A DNA stretch of 64,000 nucleotides from Eledone cirrhosa. Taxonomy: Eukaryota. The translations under genes were made by a program, and so were the position numbers. The notes under the pieces were generated by a model. That model did not search any database and was not told the origin of the DNA. It saw nothing but the letters and a program-made list of their open reading frames with translations. Shown piece after piece: positions 30,001 through 43,990 of this stretch (its first letter is position 1; the number at the start of each line of letters is the position of its first letter). The stretch lies in contig OZ024740.1 in the NCBI GenBank assembly GCA_964016885.1, forward strand, positions 389,732,001 to 389,796,000. Direction: 5' to 3'.

Positions 30001-33000
30001 CAGTTAGAACCTCTATTTATTCATGTTTTGTCGGAGTTAGAACCTCTATTTATTCATGTTCTATCGGAGTTAGAACCTCTGTTTATTCATGTTCTTTCGG
30101 AGTTAGAACCTCTATTTATTCATGTTCTGTCGGAGTTAGAACCTCTATTTATTCACGTACTGTCGAAGTTAGAAGCTCTATTTATTCATGTTCTGTCGCA
30201 GTTAGAATCTCTATTTATTCATGACTGTCGGAGTTAGAACCTCCATTTATTCATGTTCTGTCGGAGTTAGAACCTCTGTTTATTCATGTTCTGTCGCAGT
30301 GAGAACCTCTATTTATTTAGGTTCTGTCTGAGTTAGAACCTTTATTTATTCATGTTTTGTCGGAGTCAGAACCTCTATTTATTTAGGTTCTGTCGCAGTC
30401 AGAACCTCTATTTATTCAATATCTGTCGCAGTTAGAACCTATTGTCGGAGTCAGAACCTCTATTTATTCATGTTCTATCGGAGTTAGAACCTCTGTTTAT
30501 TCATGTTCTGTCGGAGTTAGAACCTCGTTTTTTCATGTTCTGTCGGAGTTACAACCTCTGTTTATTCATGTTCTGTCTGAGTTAGAACCTCTGTTTATTC
30601 ATGTTCTTTCGGAGTTAGAACCTCTGTTTATTCATGTTCTGTCGCAGTTAGAACCACTATTTATTCATGTTCTTTCGGAGTTAGAACCTCTATTTATTCA
30701 TGTTCTGTCGGAGTTAGAACATCTATTTATTCATGTTCTGTCGGAGTCAGAACCTCTATTTATTTAGGTTCTGTCGGAGTTAGAACCTTTATTTATTCAT
30801 GTTCTGTCGGAGTCAGAACCTCTATTTATTCATGTTCTTTCGGAGTTAGAACATCTATTTATTCATGTTTTGTCGGAGTCAGAACCTCTATTTATTTAGG
30901 TTCTGTCGCAGTCAGAACCTCTATTTATTCAATATCTGTCGCAGTTAGAACCTCTTGTCGGAGTCAGAACCTCTATTTATTCATGTTCTATCGGAGTTAG
31001 AACCTCTGTTTATCCATGTTCTGTCGGAGTTAGAACCTCTATTTATTCATGTTCTGTCGCAGTTAGAACCTCTTGTCGGAGTTAGAACCTCTATTTATTC
31101 ATGTTCTGTCGGAGTTAGAACCTCTGTTTATTCATGTTCTGTCGGAGTGAGAACCTCTATTTATTCATGTTCTGTCGGAGTTAGAACCTTATTTTTTCAT
31201 GTTCTGTCTGAGTTAGAACCTCTGTTTATTCATGTTCTGTCTGCGTTAGAACCTCTGTTTATTCATGTTCTTTCGGAGTTAGAACCTCTGTTTATTCATG
31301 TTCTGTCGCAGTTAGAACCACTATTTATTCATGTTCTGTCGGAGTTAGAACCTCGATTTATTCATGTTCTGTCGGAGTTAGAACATCTATTTATTAATGT
31401 TCTGTCGGGGTCAGAACCTCTATTTATTCATGTTCTGTCGGAGTCAGAACCTCTATTTATTCATGTTCTGTCGGAGTTAGAACCGCTGTTTATTCATGTT
31501 CTGTCGCAGTTAGAACCTCTATCTATTCATGTTCTGTCGGAGTTAGAACCTCTATTTATTCATGTTCTATCGGAGTTAGAACCTCTGTTTATTCATGTTC
31601 TTTCGGAGTTAGAACATCTATTTATTCATGTTCTGTCGGAGTCAGAACCTCTATTTATTTAGGTTCTGTCGGAGTTAGAACCTTTATTTATTCATGTTCT
31701 GTCGGAGTTAGAACCTCTTGTCGGAGTCAGAACCTCTATTTATTCATGTTCTTTCGGAGTTAGAACATCTATTTATTCATGTTTTGTCGGAGTCAGAAAC
31801 TCTATTTATTTAGGGTCTGTCGCAGTCAGAACCTCTATTTATTCAATATCTGTCGCAGTTAGAACCTCTTGTCGGAGTCAGAACCTCTATTTATTCATGT
31901 TCTATCGGAGTTAGAACCTCTGTTTATTCATGTTCTGTCGGAGTTAGAACCTCTATTTATTCATGTTCTGTCGGAGTTAGAACTTCTATTTATTCGTGTT
32001 CTGTCGGAGTTAGTACCTCTATATATTCATGTTCTTTCGCAGTTAGAACCTCTATTTATTCATGTTCTGTCGGAGTTAGAACCTCTGTTTATTCATGTTC
32101 TGTCGCAGTTAGAACCTCTATTTATTCATGTTCTGTCGGAGTTAGAACCTCTATTTATTCATGTTCTGTCGGAGTTAGAACCTCTGTTTATTCATTTCTT
32201 TCGGAGTTAGAACCTCTGTTTATTTATGTTCTATCGGAGTTAGAACCTCTGTTTATTCATGTTCTTTCGGAGTTAGAACCTCTATTTATTCATGTTCTAT
32301 CGCAGTTAGAACCTCTAATTATTCAATATCTGTCGGAGTTAGAACCTCTATTTATTCATGTTCTGTCGGAGTTAGAACCTCTGTTTATTCATGTTCTGTC
32401 GGAGTCAGAACCTGTATTTATTCATGTTCTGTCGCAGTTAGAATCTCTTGTCGGAGTTAGAACCTCTATTTATTCATGTTCTATCGGAGTTAGAACCTCT
32501 GTTTATTCATGTTCTTTCGGAGTTAGAACCTCTATTTATTCATGTTCTGTCGCAGTTAGAACCTCTATTTATTCCTGTTCTGTCGCAGTTAGAATCTCTA
32601 TTTATTCATGTTCTGTCGGAGTTAGAACCTCTATTTATTCATGTTCTGTCGGAGTTAGAACTTCTGTTTATTCATGTTCTGTCGGAGTGAGAAGCTCTAT
32701 TTATTCATGTTCTGTCGGAGTTAGAACCTTATTTTTTCATGTTCTGTCGGACTTAGAACCTCTGTTTATTCATGTTCTGTCTGAGTTAGAACCTCTGTTT
32801 ATTCATGTTCTTTCGGAGTTAAACCTCTGTTTATTCATGTTCTGTCGCAGTTAGAACCACTATTTATTCATGTTCTGTCGGAGTTAGAACCTCGATTTAT
32901 TCATGTTCTGTCGGAGTTAGAACATCTATTTATTCATGTTCTGTCGCAGTTAGAACCTCTATCTATTCATGTTCTGTCGGAGTTAGAACCTCTATTTATT

Positions 33001-33230
33001 CATGTTCTATCGGAGTTAGAACCTCTGTTTATTCATGTTCTGTCGCTGTTAGAACCTCTATTTATTCACGTTCTGTCGAAGTTAGAGGCTCTATTTATTC
33101 ATGTTCTGTCGCAGTTAGAATCTCTATTTATTCATGTTCTGTCGGAGTTAGAACCTCTATTTATTCATGTTCTGTCGGAGTTAGAACCTCTGTTTATTCA
33201 TGTCCTGTCGGAGTGAGAACCTCTATTTAT
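21061..33230 (+). repeat. 4839-bp higher-order repeat in two tandem copies (21061-28371, which includes an internal 2472-bp duplication, and 28372-33210)
   Basis: Offsets of 7311 (21173/28484, 21803/29114, 22486/29797, 23644/30955) and 4839 (26116/30955, 27030/31869, 27609/32448), with 7311 = 4839 + 2472. The motif gagtgagaac sits at 21061, 28372 and 33211. The 1-bp deletion marker gttaaacctctg is at ~27980 and ~32819. Confidence 0.93.
22105..27060 (+). repeat. Near-identical tandem duplication, period 2472 bp
   Basis: Identical ORFs at 22486/24958 and 23644/26116. The private variant catctatAtatt is at both 23416 and 25888. Confidence 0.93.
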
Positions 33231-36200
33231 CCATGTTCTGTCGCAGTTAGAACCTCTGTTTATTCATGTTCTGTCTGAGTTAGAACCTCTGTTTATTCAT
33301 GTTCTTTCGGAGTTAGAACCTCTGTTTATTCATGTTCTGTCGCAGTTAGAACCACTATTTATTCATGTTCTTTCGGAGTTAGAACATCCATTTATTCATG
33401 TTCTGTCGGAGTCAGAACCTCTATTTATTTAGGTTCTGTCGGAGTTAAAACCTTTATTTATTCATGTTCTGTCGGAGTTAGAACCTCTTGTCGGAGTCAG
33501 AACCTCTATTTATTCATGTTCTTTCGGAGTTAGAACATCTATTTATTCATGTTCTGTCGGAGTCAGGACCTCTATTTATTTAGGTTCTGTCGCAGTCAGA
33601 ACCTCTATTTATTCAATATCCTTCGCAGTTAGAACGTCTTGTCGGAGTCAGAACCTCTATTTATTCATGTTCTATCGGAGTTAGAACCTCTGTTTATTCA
33701 TGTTCTGTCGGAGTCAGAACCTCTATTTATTCATGTTCTGTCGCAGTTAGAATCTCTTGTCGGAGTTAGAACCTCTATTTATTCATGTTCTATCGGAGTT
33801 AGAACCTCTGTTTATTCATGTTCTTTCGGAGTTAGAACCTCTATTTATTCATGTTCTGTCGGAGTTAGAACCTCTATTTATTCATGTTCTGTCGCAGTTA
33901 GAACCTCTATTTATTCCTGTTCTGTCGCAGTTAGAATCTCTATTTATTCATGTTCTGTCGGAGTTAGAACCTCTATTTATTCATGTTCTCTCGGAGTTAG
34001 AACCTCTGTTTATTCATGTTCTGTCGGAGTGAGAACCTCTATTTATTCATGTTCTGTCGGATTTAGAACCTTATTTTTTCATGTTCTGTCGGAGTTAGAA
34101 CCTCTGTTTATTCATGTTCTGTCTGAGTTAGAACCTCTGTTTATTCATGTTCTTTCGGAGTTAGAACCTCTGTTTATTCATGTTCTGTCGCAGTTAGAAC
34201 CACTATTTATTCATGTTCTGTCGGAGTTAGAACATCTATTTATTCATGTTCTGTCGGAGTCAGAACCTCTATTTATTCATGTTCTGTCGGAGTCAGAACC
34301 TCTATTTATTCATGTTCTATCGGAGTTAGAACCTCTGTTTATTCATGTTCCGTCGGAGTCAGAACCTCTATTTATTCATGTTCTGTCGGAGTCAGAACCT
34401 CTATTTATTCATGTTCTGTCGGAGTTAGAACCGCTGTTTATTCATGTTCTGTCGCAGTTAGAACCTCTATCTATTCATGTTCTGTCGGAGTTAGAACCTC
34501 TATTTATTCATGTTCTGTCGGAGTTAGAACCTCTGTTTATTCATTTCTTTCGGAGTTAGAACCTCTGTTTATTCATTTTCTATCGGAGTTAGAACCTCTG
34601 TTTATTCATGTTCTTTCGGAGTTAGAACCTCTGTTTATTCATGTTCTGTCGCAGTTAGAACCTCTAATTATTCATGTTCTGTCGCAGTTAGAATCTCTAT
34701 TTATTCATGTTCTGTCGGAGTTAGAACCTCTATTTATTCATTTTCTGTCGGAGTTAGAACCTCTTGTCGGAGTCAGAACCTCTATTTATTCATGTTCTGT
34801 CGGAGTTAGAACCTCTGTTTATTCATGTTCTGTCGCAGTTAGAACCTCTATTTATTCATGTTCTGTCGGAGTTAGAACCTCTATTTATTCATGTTCTGTC
34901 GAAGTTAGAACCTCTGTTTATTCATGTTCTGTCGCAGTTAGAATCTCTTGTCGGGGTTAGAACCTCTATTTATTCATGTTCTGTCGGAGTTAGAACCTCT
35001 GTTTATTCATGTTCTGTCGCAGTTAGAACCTCTATTTATTCATGTTCTGTCGGAGTTAGAACCTCTATTTATTCATGTTCTGTCGGAGTTAGAACCTCTG
35101 TTTATTCATGTTCTGTCGGAGTGAGAACCTCTATTTATTCATGTTCTGTCGGAGTTAGAACCTTATTTTTGCATGTTCTGTCGGAGTTAGAACATCTGTT
35201 TATTCATGTTCTGTCTGAGTTAGAACCTCTGTTTATTCATGTTCTGTCGCAGTTAGAACCACTATTTATTCATGTTCTTTCGGAGTTAGAACCTCTATTT
35301 ATTCATGTTCTGTCGGAGTTAGAACATCTATTTATTCATGTTCTGTCGGAATCAGAACCTCTATTTATTCATGTTCTGTCGGAGTCAGAACCTCTGTTTA
35401 TTCATGTTCTTTGGGAGTTCGAACCTCTCTTTATTCATATTCTGTCGCAGTTTGAACCACTATTTATTCATGTTCTGTCGGAGTTAGAACCTCTATTTCT
35501 TCATGTTCTGTCGGAGTTAGAACATCTATTTATTCATGTTCTGTCGCAGTTAGAACCTCTGTTTATTCATGTTCTGTCGGAGTTAGAACCTCTTGTCGGA
35601 GTCAGAACCTCTAATTATTCATGTTCTGTCGGAGTTAGAACCTCTATTTATTCATGTTCTGTCGGAATCAGAACCTCTATTTATTCATGTTCTGTCGGAG
35701 TCAGAACCTCTATTTATTCATGTTCTGTCGGAGTTAGAACCGCTGTTTATTCATGTTCTGTCGCAGTTAGAACCTCTGTTTATTCATGTTCTGTCGCAGT
35801 TAGAAACTCTATTTATTCATGTTCTGTGGGAGTTAGAACCTCGATTTATTCATGTTCTGTCGGAGTTAGAACCTCTATTTATTCATGTTCTGTCAGAGTC
35901 AGAACCTCTATTTATTCATGTTCTCTCGGAGTTAGAACCTTTATTTATTCATGTTCTGTCGGAATTAGAACCTCTATTTATTCATGTTCTTTCGGAGTTA
36001 GAACATCTATTTATTCATGTTCTGATACAGTTAGAACCTCTATTTATTCATGTTCTGTGGGAGTTAGAACCTCTTGTCGGAGTCAGAACCTCTATTTATT
36101 CATGTTCTTTCGGAGTTAGAACCTCTATTTATTCATGTTCTGTCGGAGTTAGAACCTCTGTTTATTCATGTTCTTTCGGAGTTAGAACCTCTGTTTTTTC

Positions 36201-36719
36201 ATGTTCTTTCGGAGTTAGAACCTCTATTTATTCATGTTCTGTCTGAGTTAGAAGCTCTGTTTATTCATGTTCTTTAGGAGTTAGAACCTCTATTTATTCA
36301 TGTTCTGTCGCAGTTAGAATCTCTTGTCGGCGTTAGAACCTCTATTTATTCATGTTCTGTCGGAGTTAGAACCTCTGTTTATTCATGTTCTGTCGGAGTT
36401 AGAACCTCTATTTATTCATGTTCTGTCGGAGTTAGAACCTCTATTTATTCATGTTCTGTCGCAGTTAGAATCTGTTGTCGGAGTTAGAACCTCTATTTAT
36501 ACATGTTCTGTCGCAGTTAGAACCTCTATTTATTCATGTTCTGTCACAGTTAGAATCTCTATTTATTAACGTTCTGTCGGAGTTAGAACCTCTCTTTATT
36601 CATGTTCTGTCCGAGTTAGAACCTCTGTTTATTCATGTCCTGTCGGAGTGCGAACCTCTATTTATTCATGTTCTGTCGGAGTTAGAACCTTATTTTTTCA
36701 TGTTCTGTCGGAGTTAGAA

Positions 36720-39700
36720 CCTCTATTTATTCATGTTCTGTCTGAGTTAGAACCTCTGTTTATTCATGTTCTGTCGGAGTTAGAACCTCTTGTCGGAGTC
36801 AGAACCTCTATTTATTCATGTTCTTTCGGAGTTAGAACCTCTATTTATTCATGTTCTGTCGCAGTTAGAACCTCTACTTATTCAATATCTGTCGCAGTTA
36901 GAACCTCTTGTCGGAGTCAGAACCTCTATTTATTCATGTTCTGTCGGAGTTAGAACCTCTATTTATTCATGTTCTGTCGGAATCAGAACCTCTATTTATT
37001 CATGTTCTGTCGGAGTCAGAACCTCTATTTATTCATGTTCTGTCGGAGTTAGAACCGCTGTTTATTCATGTTCTGTCGCAGTTAGAACCTCTATTTATTC
37101 ATGTTCTGTCGGAATCAGAACCTCTATTTATTCATGTTCTGTCGGAATCAGAACCTCTATTTATTCTTGTTCTGTAGGAGTTAGAACCGCTAATTATTCA
37201 TGTTCTGTCGGAATTAGAACCTCTGATTATTCATGTTCTGTCGCAGTTACAAACTCTATTTATTCATGTTCTGTCGGAGTCAGAACTTCTATTTATTCAT
37301 GTTCTGTCGGAGTTAGACCCTCTATTTATTCATGTTCTGTCGGAGTCAGAACCTCTACTTATTCATGTTCTATCGGAGATAGAACCTCTATTTATTCATG
37401 TTCTTTCGGAGTTAAAACCTCTATTTATTCATGTTCTGTCGGAGTCAGAACCTCTACTTATTCATGTTCTATCGGAGATAGAACCTCTATTTATTCATGT
37501 TCTTTCGGAGTTAAAACCTCTATTTATTCATGTTCTGTCGGAGTCAGAACCTCTATTTATTCATGTTCTGTCGCAGTTAGAATCTCTTGTTGGAGTTAGA
37601 ACCTCTATTTATTCATGTTCTGTCGGAGTTAGAACCTCTGTTTATTCATGTTCTTTCGGAATTAGAACCTCTGTTTATTCATGTTCTTTCGGGTTTAGAA
37701 CCTCTATTTATTCATATTCTGTCGCAGTTAGAACCTCTTGTCGGAGTTAGAACCTCTATTTATTCATGTTCTGTCGGAGTTAGAAGCTCTGTTTATTCAT
37801 GTTCTTTAGGAGTTAGAACCTCTGTTTATTCATGTTATATCGGAGTTAGAACCTCTGTTTATTCATGTTCTGTCGGAGTTAGAACATCTATTTATTCATG
37901 TTCTGTCGGAGTCAGAACCTCTATTTATTTAGGTTCTGTCGGAGTTAGAACCTCTATTTATTCATGTTCTTTCGTAGTTAGAACATCTATTTATTCATGT
38001 TCTGTCGCAGTTAGAACCTCTGTTTATTCATGTTCTGTCGGAGTTAGAACCTCTTGTCGGAGTCACAACTTCTATTTATTCATGTTCTTTCGGAGTTACA
38101 ACCTCTATTTATTCATGTTCTGTCGCAGTTAGAACCTCTACTCATTCAATATCTGTCGCAGTTAGAACCTCTTGTCGCAGTCAGAACCTCTATTTATTCA
38201 TGTTCTGTCGGAGTTAGGACCTCTATTTATTCATGTTCTGTCTGAGTTAGAACCTCTGTTTATTCATGTTCTGTCGGAGTTAGAACCTCTTGTCGGAGTC
38301 AGAACCTCTATTTATTCATGTTCTTTCGGAGTTAGAACCTCTATTTATTCATGTTCTGTCGCAGTTAGAACCTCTACTTATTCAATATCTGTCGCAGTTA
38401 GAACCTCTTGTCGGAGTCAGAACCTCTATTTATTCATGTTCTGTCGGAGTTAGAACCTCTATTTATTCATGTTCTGTCGGAATCAGAACCTCTATTTATT
38501 CATGTTCTGTCGGAGTCAGAACCTCTATTTATTCATGTTCTGTCGGAGTTAGAACCGCTGTTTATTCATGTTCTGTCGCAGTTAGAACCTCTATTTATTC
38601 ATGTTCTGTCGGAGTTAGAACCGCTGTTTATTCATGTTCTGTCGGAATCAGAACCTCTATTTATTCATGTTCTGTCGGAATCAGAACCTCTATTTATTCT
38701 TGTTCTGTAGGAGTTAGAACCGCTATTTATTCATGTTCTGTCGGAATTAGAACCTCTGATTATTCATGTTCTGTCGCAGTTACAAACTCTATTTATTCAT
38801 GTTCTGTCGGAGTCAGAACCTCTATTTATTCATGTTCTGTCGAAGTGAGAACCTCTATTTATTCATGTTCTGTCGCAGTCAGAACCTCTACTTATTCATG
38901 TTCTATCGGAGATAGAACCTCTATTTATTCATGTTCTTTCGGAGTTAAAACCTCTATTTATTCATGTTCTGTCGGAGTCAGAACCTCTATTTATTCATGT
39001 TCTGTCGCAGTTAGAATCTCTTGTTGGAGTTAGAACCTCTATTTATTCATGTTCTGTCGGAGTTAGAACCTCTGTTTATTCATGTTCTTTCGGAGTTAGA
39101 ACCTCTGTTTATTCATGTTCTTTCGGAGTTAGAACCTCTATTTATTCATATTCTGTCGCAGTTAGAACCTCTTGTCGGAGTTAGAACCTCTTTTTATTCA
39201 TGTTCTGTCGGAGTTAGAAGCTCTGTTTATTCATGTTATATCGGAGTTAGAACCTCTGTTTATTCATGTTCTTTCGGAGTTAGAACCTCTGTTTATTCAT
39301 GTTCTTTCGGAGTTAGAACCTCTATTTATTTAGGTTCTGTCGGAGTTAGAACCTCTATTTATTCATGTTCTGTCGTAGTTAGAACATCTATTTATTCATG
39401 TTCTGTCGCAGTTAGAACCTCTGTTTATTCATGTTCTGTCGGAGTTAGAACCTCTTGTCGGAGTCACAACCTCTATTTATTCATGTTCTTTCGGAGTTAC
39501 AACCTCTATTTATTCAATATCTGTCGCAGTTAGAACCTCTTGTCGCAGTCAGAACCTCTATTTATTCATGTTCTGTCGGAGTTAGAACCTCTATTTATTC
39601 ATGTTCTGTCGGAATCAGAACCTCTATTTATTCATGTTCTGTCGGAATCAGAACCTCTATTTATTCATGTTCTGTAGGAGTTAGAACTTCTATTTATTCA

Positions 39701-39900
39701 TGTTCTGTCGGAATCAGAACCGCTGTTTATTCATGTTCTGTCGCAGTTAGAACCTCTATTTATTCATGTTCTGTCGGAGTTAGAACCGCTGTTTATTCAT
39801 GTTCTGTCGGAATCAGAACCTCTATTTATTCATGTTCTGTCGGAATCAGAACCTCTATTTATTCATGTTCTGTAGGAGTTAGAACCTCTATTTATTCATG
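36720..39900 (+). repeat. Degenerate tandem higher-order repeat, period ~1400-1500 bp
   Basis: Offsets 36790/38290 and 36908/38408 (1500), 37587/39021 (1434), 38054/39455 (1401). Shared variants include cttgttctgtagg, ctctgattat, gttacaaactct and gtcacaac. Confidence 0.85.
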
Positions 39901-42119
39901 TTCTGTCGGTGTTAGAACCTCTGTTTATTCATGTTCTGTCGCAGTTAGAAACTCTATTTATTCATGTTCTGTGGGAGTTAGAACCTCGATTTATTCATGT
40001 TCTGTCGGAGTAAGAAGCTCTATTTATTCATGTTCTGTCGGAATTAGAACCACTATTTATTCATGTTCTTTCGGAGTTAGAACATCTATTTATTCATGTT
40101 CTGATGCAGTTAGACCTCTATTTATTCATGTTCTGTGGGAGTTAGAACCTCTTCTCGGAGTCAGAACCTCTATTTATTCATGTTCTTTCGGAGTTAGAAC
40201 CTCTATTTATTCATGTTCTGTCGCAGTTAGAACCTCTATTTATTCATGTTCTGTCGGAGTCAGAACCACTATTTATTCAAGTTCTGTCGGAGTTAGAACC
40301 TCTATTTATTCATGTTCTGTCGGAGTCAGAACCTCTACTTATTCATGTTCTATCGCAGTTAGAACCTCTATTTATTCATGTTCTGTCGGAGATAGAACCT
40401 CTATTTATTCATGTTCTTTCCTAGTTAAAACCTCTATTTATTCATGTTCTGTCGCAGTTAGAATCTCTTGTTGGAGTTAGAACCTCTATTTATTCATGTT
40501 CTGTCGGAGTTAGAACCTCTGTTTATTCATGTTCTTTAGGAGTTAGAACCTCTGTTTATTCATGTTATATCGGAGTTAGAACCTCTGTTTATTCATGTTC
40601 TTTCTGAGTTAGAACCTCTATTTATTCATGTTCTGTCGCAGTTAGAATCTCTTGTCGGCGTTATAACCTCTATTTATTCATGTTCTGTCGGAGTTATAAC
40701 CTCTGTTTATTCATGTTCTGTCGGTGTCAGAATCTCTATTTATTCATGTTCTGTCGGAGTTAAAACCTCTATTTATTCATGTTCTGTCGCAGTTAGAATC
40801 TCTTGTCGGAGTTAGAACCTCTATTTATTCATGTTCTGTCGGAGTTAGAACCTCTATTTATTCATGTTCTGTCGGAGTTAGAACCTCTGTTTATTCATGT
40901 TCTTTCGGAGTTAGAACCTCTATTTATTCATGTTCTGTCGCAGTTAGAACCTCTATTTATTCAATATCTGTCGCAGTTAAAACCTCTTGTCGGAGTTTAG
41001 AACCTCTATTTATTCATGTTCTGTCGGAGTTAGAACCTCTATTTAATCATGTTCTGTCGGTGTCAGAATCTCTATTTATTCATGTTCTGTCCGAGTCAGA
41101 ACCTCTATTTATTCATGTTCTGTCGGAGTTAGAACCGCTATTTATTCATGTTCTGTCGGAATAAGAAACTCTAATTATTCATATTCTTTCGGAGTTAGAA
41201 CCTCTATTTATTCATGTTCTGTCGGAGTTAGAACCTCTGTTTATTCATGTTCTGTCGCAGTTAGAACCTCTATTTATTCATGTTCTGTGGGAGTTAGATC
41301 CTCGATTTATTCATGTTCTGTCGGAGTTAGAACCTCTGTTTATTCATGTTCTCCCGGTGTCAGAACCTCTATTTATTCATGTTCTGTCGGAGTGAGAACC
41401 TCTGTTTATTCATGTTCTGTCGGAGTTAGAACCTCTGTTTATTCATGTTCTTTCGGAGTTAGAACCTCTGTTTATTCATATTCTGTCGGAGTCAGAACCT
41501 CTATTTATTCATGTTCTGTCGGAGTAAAAACCTCTATTTATTCATGTTCTGTCGGAGTTAGAACATCTATTTATTCATGTTCTGTCGGAGTTAGAACCTC
41601 TGTTTTTTCTTGTTCTGTCGCAGTTAGAACCTCTATTTATTCATGTTCTGTCGGAGTTAGAACCTCTGTTTTTTCTTGTTCTATCGCAGTTAGAACCTCT
41701 ATTTATTCATGTTATGTCGGAGTTGGAACCTCTATTTATTCACGTTCTTTCGAAGTTAGAACCTCTGTTTATTCATATTCTGTCGGTGTCAGAACCTCTA
41801 CTTATTTATGTTCTGTCGGAGTAAAAACCTCTATTTATTCATGTTCTGTCGGAGTTAGAACATCTATTTATTCATGTTCTGTCGGAGTTAGAACCTCTAT
41901 TTATTCATGTTCTGTCGGAGTTAGAAACTCTATTTATTCATGTTCTGTCGCAGTTAGAATCTGTTGTCGGAGTTAGAACCTCTATTTATACATGTTCTGT
42001 CGCAGTTAGAACCTCTATTTATTCATGTTCTGTCACAGTTAGAATCTCTATTTATTAACGTTCTGTCGGAGTTAGAACCTCTCTTTATTCATGTTCTGTC
42101 GGAGTTAGAACCTCTGTTT

Positions 42120-43990
42120 ATTCATGTCCTGTCGGAGTGCGAACCTCTATTTATTCATGTTCTCTCGGAGTTAGAACCTTATTTTTTCATGTTCTGTCGG
42201 AGTTAGAACCTCTATTTATTCATGTTCTGTCTGAGTTAGAACCTCTGTTTATTCATGTTCTTTCGGAGTTAGAACCTCTCTTTATTCATGTTCTGTCGCA
42301 GTTAGAACCACTATTTATTCACGTTTTGTCGGAGTTAGAACCTCTATTTATTCATGTTCTGTCGGAGTTAGAACATCTATTTATTCATGTTCTGTCGGAG
42401 TCAGAACCTCTATTTATTTAGGTTCTGTCGGAGTTAGAACCTCTATTTATTCATGTTCTGTCGGAGTCAGAACCTCTATTTATTTAGGTTCTGTCGGAGT
42501 TAGAACATCTATTTATTCATGTTCTGTCGCAGTTAGAACCTCTGTTTATTCATGTTCTGTCGGAGTTAGAACCTCTTGTCGGAGTCAGAACCTCTATTTA
42601 TTCATGTTCTTTCGGAGTTAGAACCTCTATTTATTCATGTTCTGTCGCAGTTAGAACCTCTACTTATTCAATATCTGTCGCAGTTAGAACCTCTTGTCGG
42701 AGTCAGAACCTCTATTTATTCATGTTCTGTCGGAGTTAGAACCTCTATTTATTCATGTTCTGTCGGAATCAGAGCATCTATTTATTCATGTTCTGTCGGA
42801 GTCAGAACCTCTATTTATTCATGTTCTGTCGGAGTTAGAACCGCTGTTTATTCATGTTCTGTCGCAGTTAGAACCTCTATTTATTCATGTTCTGTCGGAG
42901 TTAGAACCACTGTTTATTCATGTTCTGTCGGAATCAGAACCTCTATTTATTCATGTTCTGTCGGAATCAGAACCTCTATTTATTCATGTTCTGTAGGAGT
43001 TAGAACCTCTATTTATTCATGTTCTGTCGCAGTTAGAACCTCTATTTATTCATGTCCTGTCGGAGTGCGAACCTCTATTTATTCATGTTCTCTCGGAGTT
43101 AGAACCTTATTTTTTCATGTTCTGTCGGAGATAGAACCTCTATTTATTCATGTTCTGTCTGAGTTAGAACCTCTGTTTATTCATGTTCTTTCGGAGTTAG
43201 AACCTCTCTTTATTCATGTTCTGTCGCAGTTAGAACCACTATTTATTCACGTTCTGTCAGAGTTAGAACCTCTATTTATTCATGTTCTGTCGGAGTTAGA
43301 ACATCTATTTATTCATGTTCTGTCGGAGTCAGAACCTCTATTTATTTAGGTTCTGTCGGAGTTAGAACCTCTATTTATTCATGTTCTGTCGGAGTCAGAA
43401 CCTCTATTTATTTAGGTTCTGTCGGAGTTAGAACATCTATTTATTCATGTTCTGTCGCAGTTAGAACCTCTGTTTATTCATGTTCTGTCGGAGTTAGAAC
43501 CTCTTGTCGGAGTCAGAACCTCTATTTATTCATGTTCTTTCGGAGTTAGAACCTCTATTTATTCATGTTCTGTCGCAGTTAGAACCTCTACTTATTCAAT
43601 ATCTGTCGCAGTTAGAACCTCTTGTCGGAGTCAGAACCTCTATTTATTCATGTTCTGTCGGAGTTAGAACCTCTATTTATTCATGTTCTGTCGGAGTTAG
43701 AACCTCTATTTATTCATGTTCTGTCGGAATCAGAACCTCTATTTATTCATGTTCTGTCGGAGTCAGAACCTCTATTTATTCATGTTCTGTCGGAGTTAGA
43801 ACCGCTCTTTATTCATGTTCTGTCGCAGTTAGAACCTCTACTTATTCATGTTCTGTCGGAGTTAGAACCGCTGTTTATTCATGTTCTGTCGGAATCAGAA
43901 CCTCTATTTATTCATGTTCTGTCGGAATCAGAACCTCTATTTATTCATGTTCTGTAGGAGTTAGAACCTCTATTTATTCATGTTCTGTCG
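42120..43990 (+). repeat. Tandem duplication, period 928 bp (27 long + 2 truncated monomers, minus 1 bp)
   Basis: ggagtgcgaac at 42134 and 43062. ORF starts 42576/43504 and 42694/43622. Confidence 0.87.
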
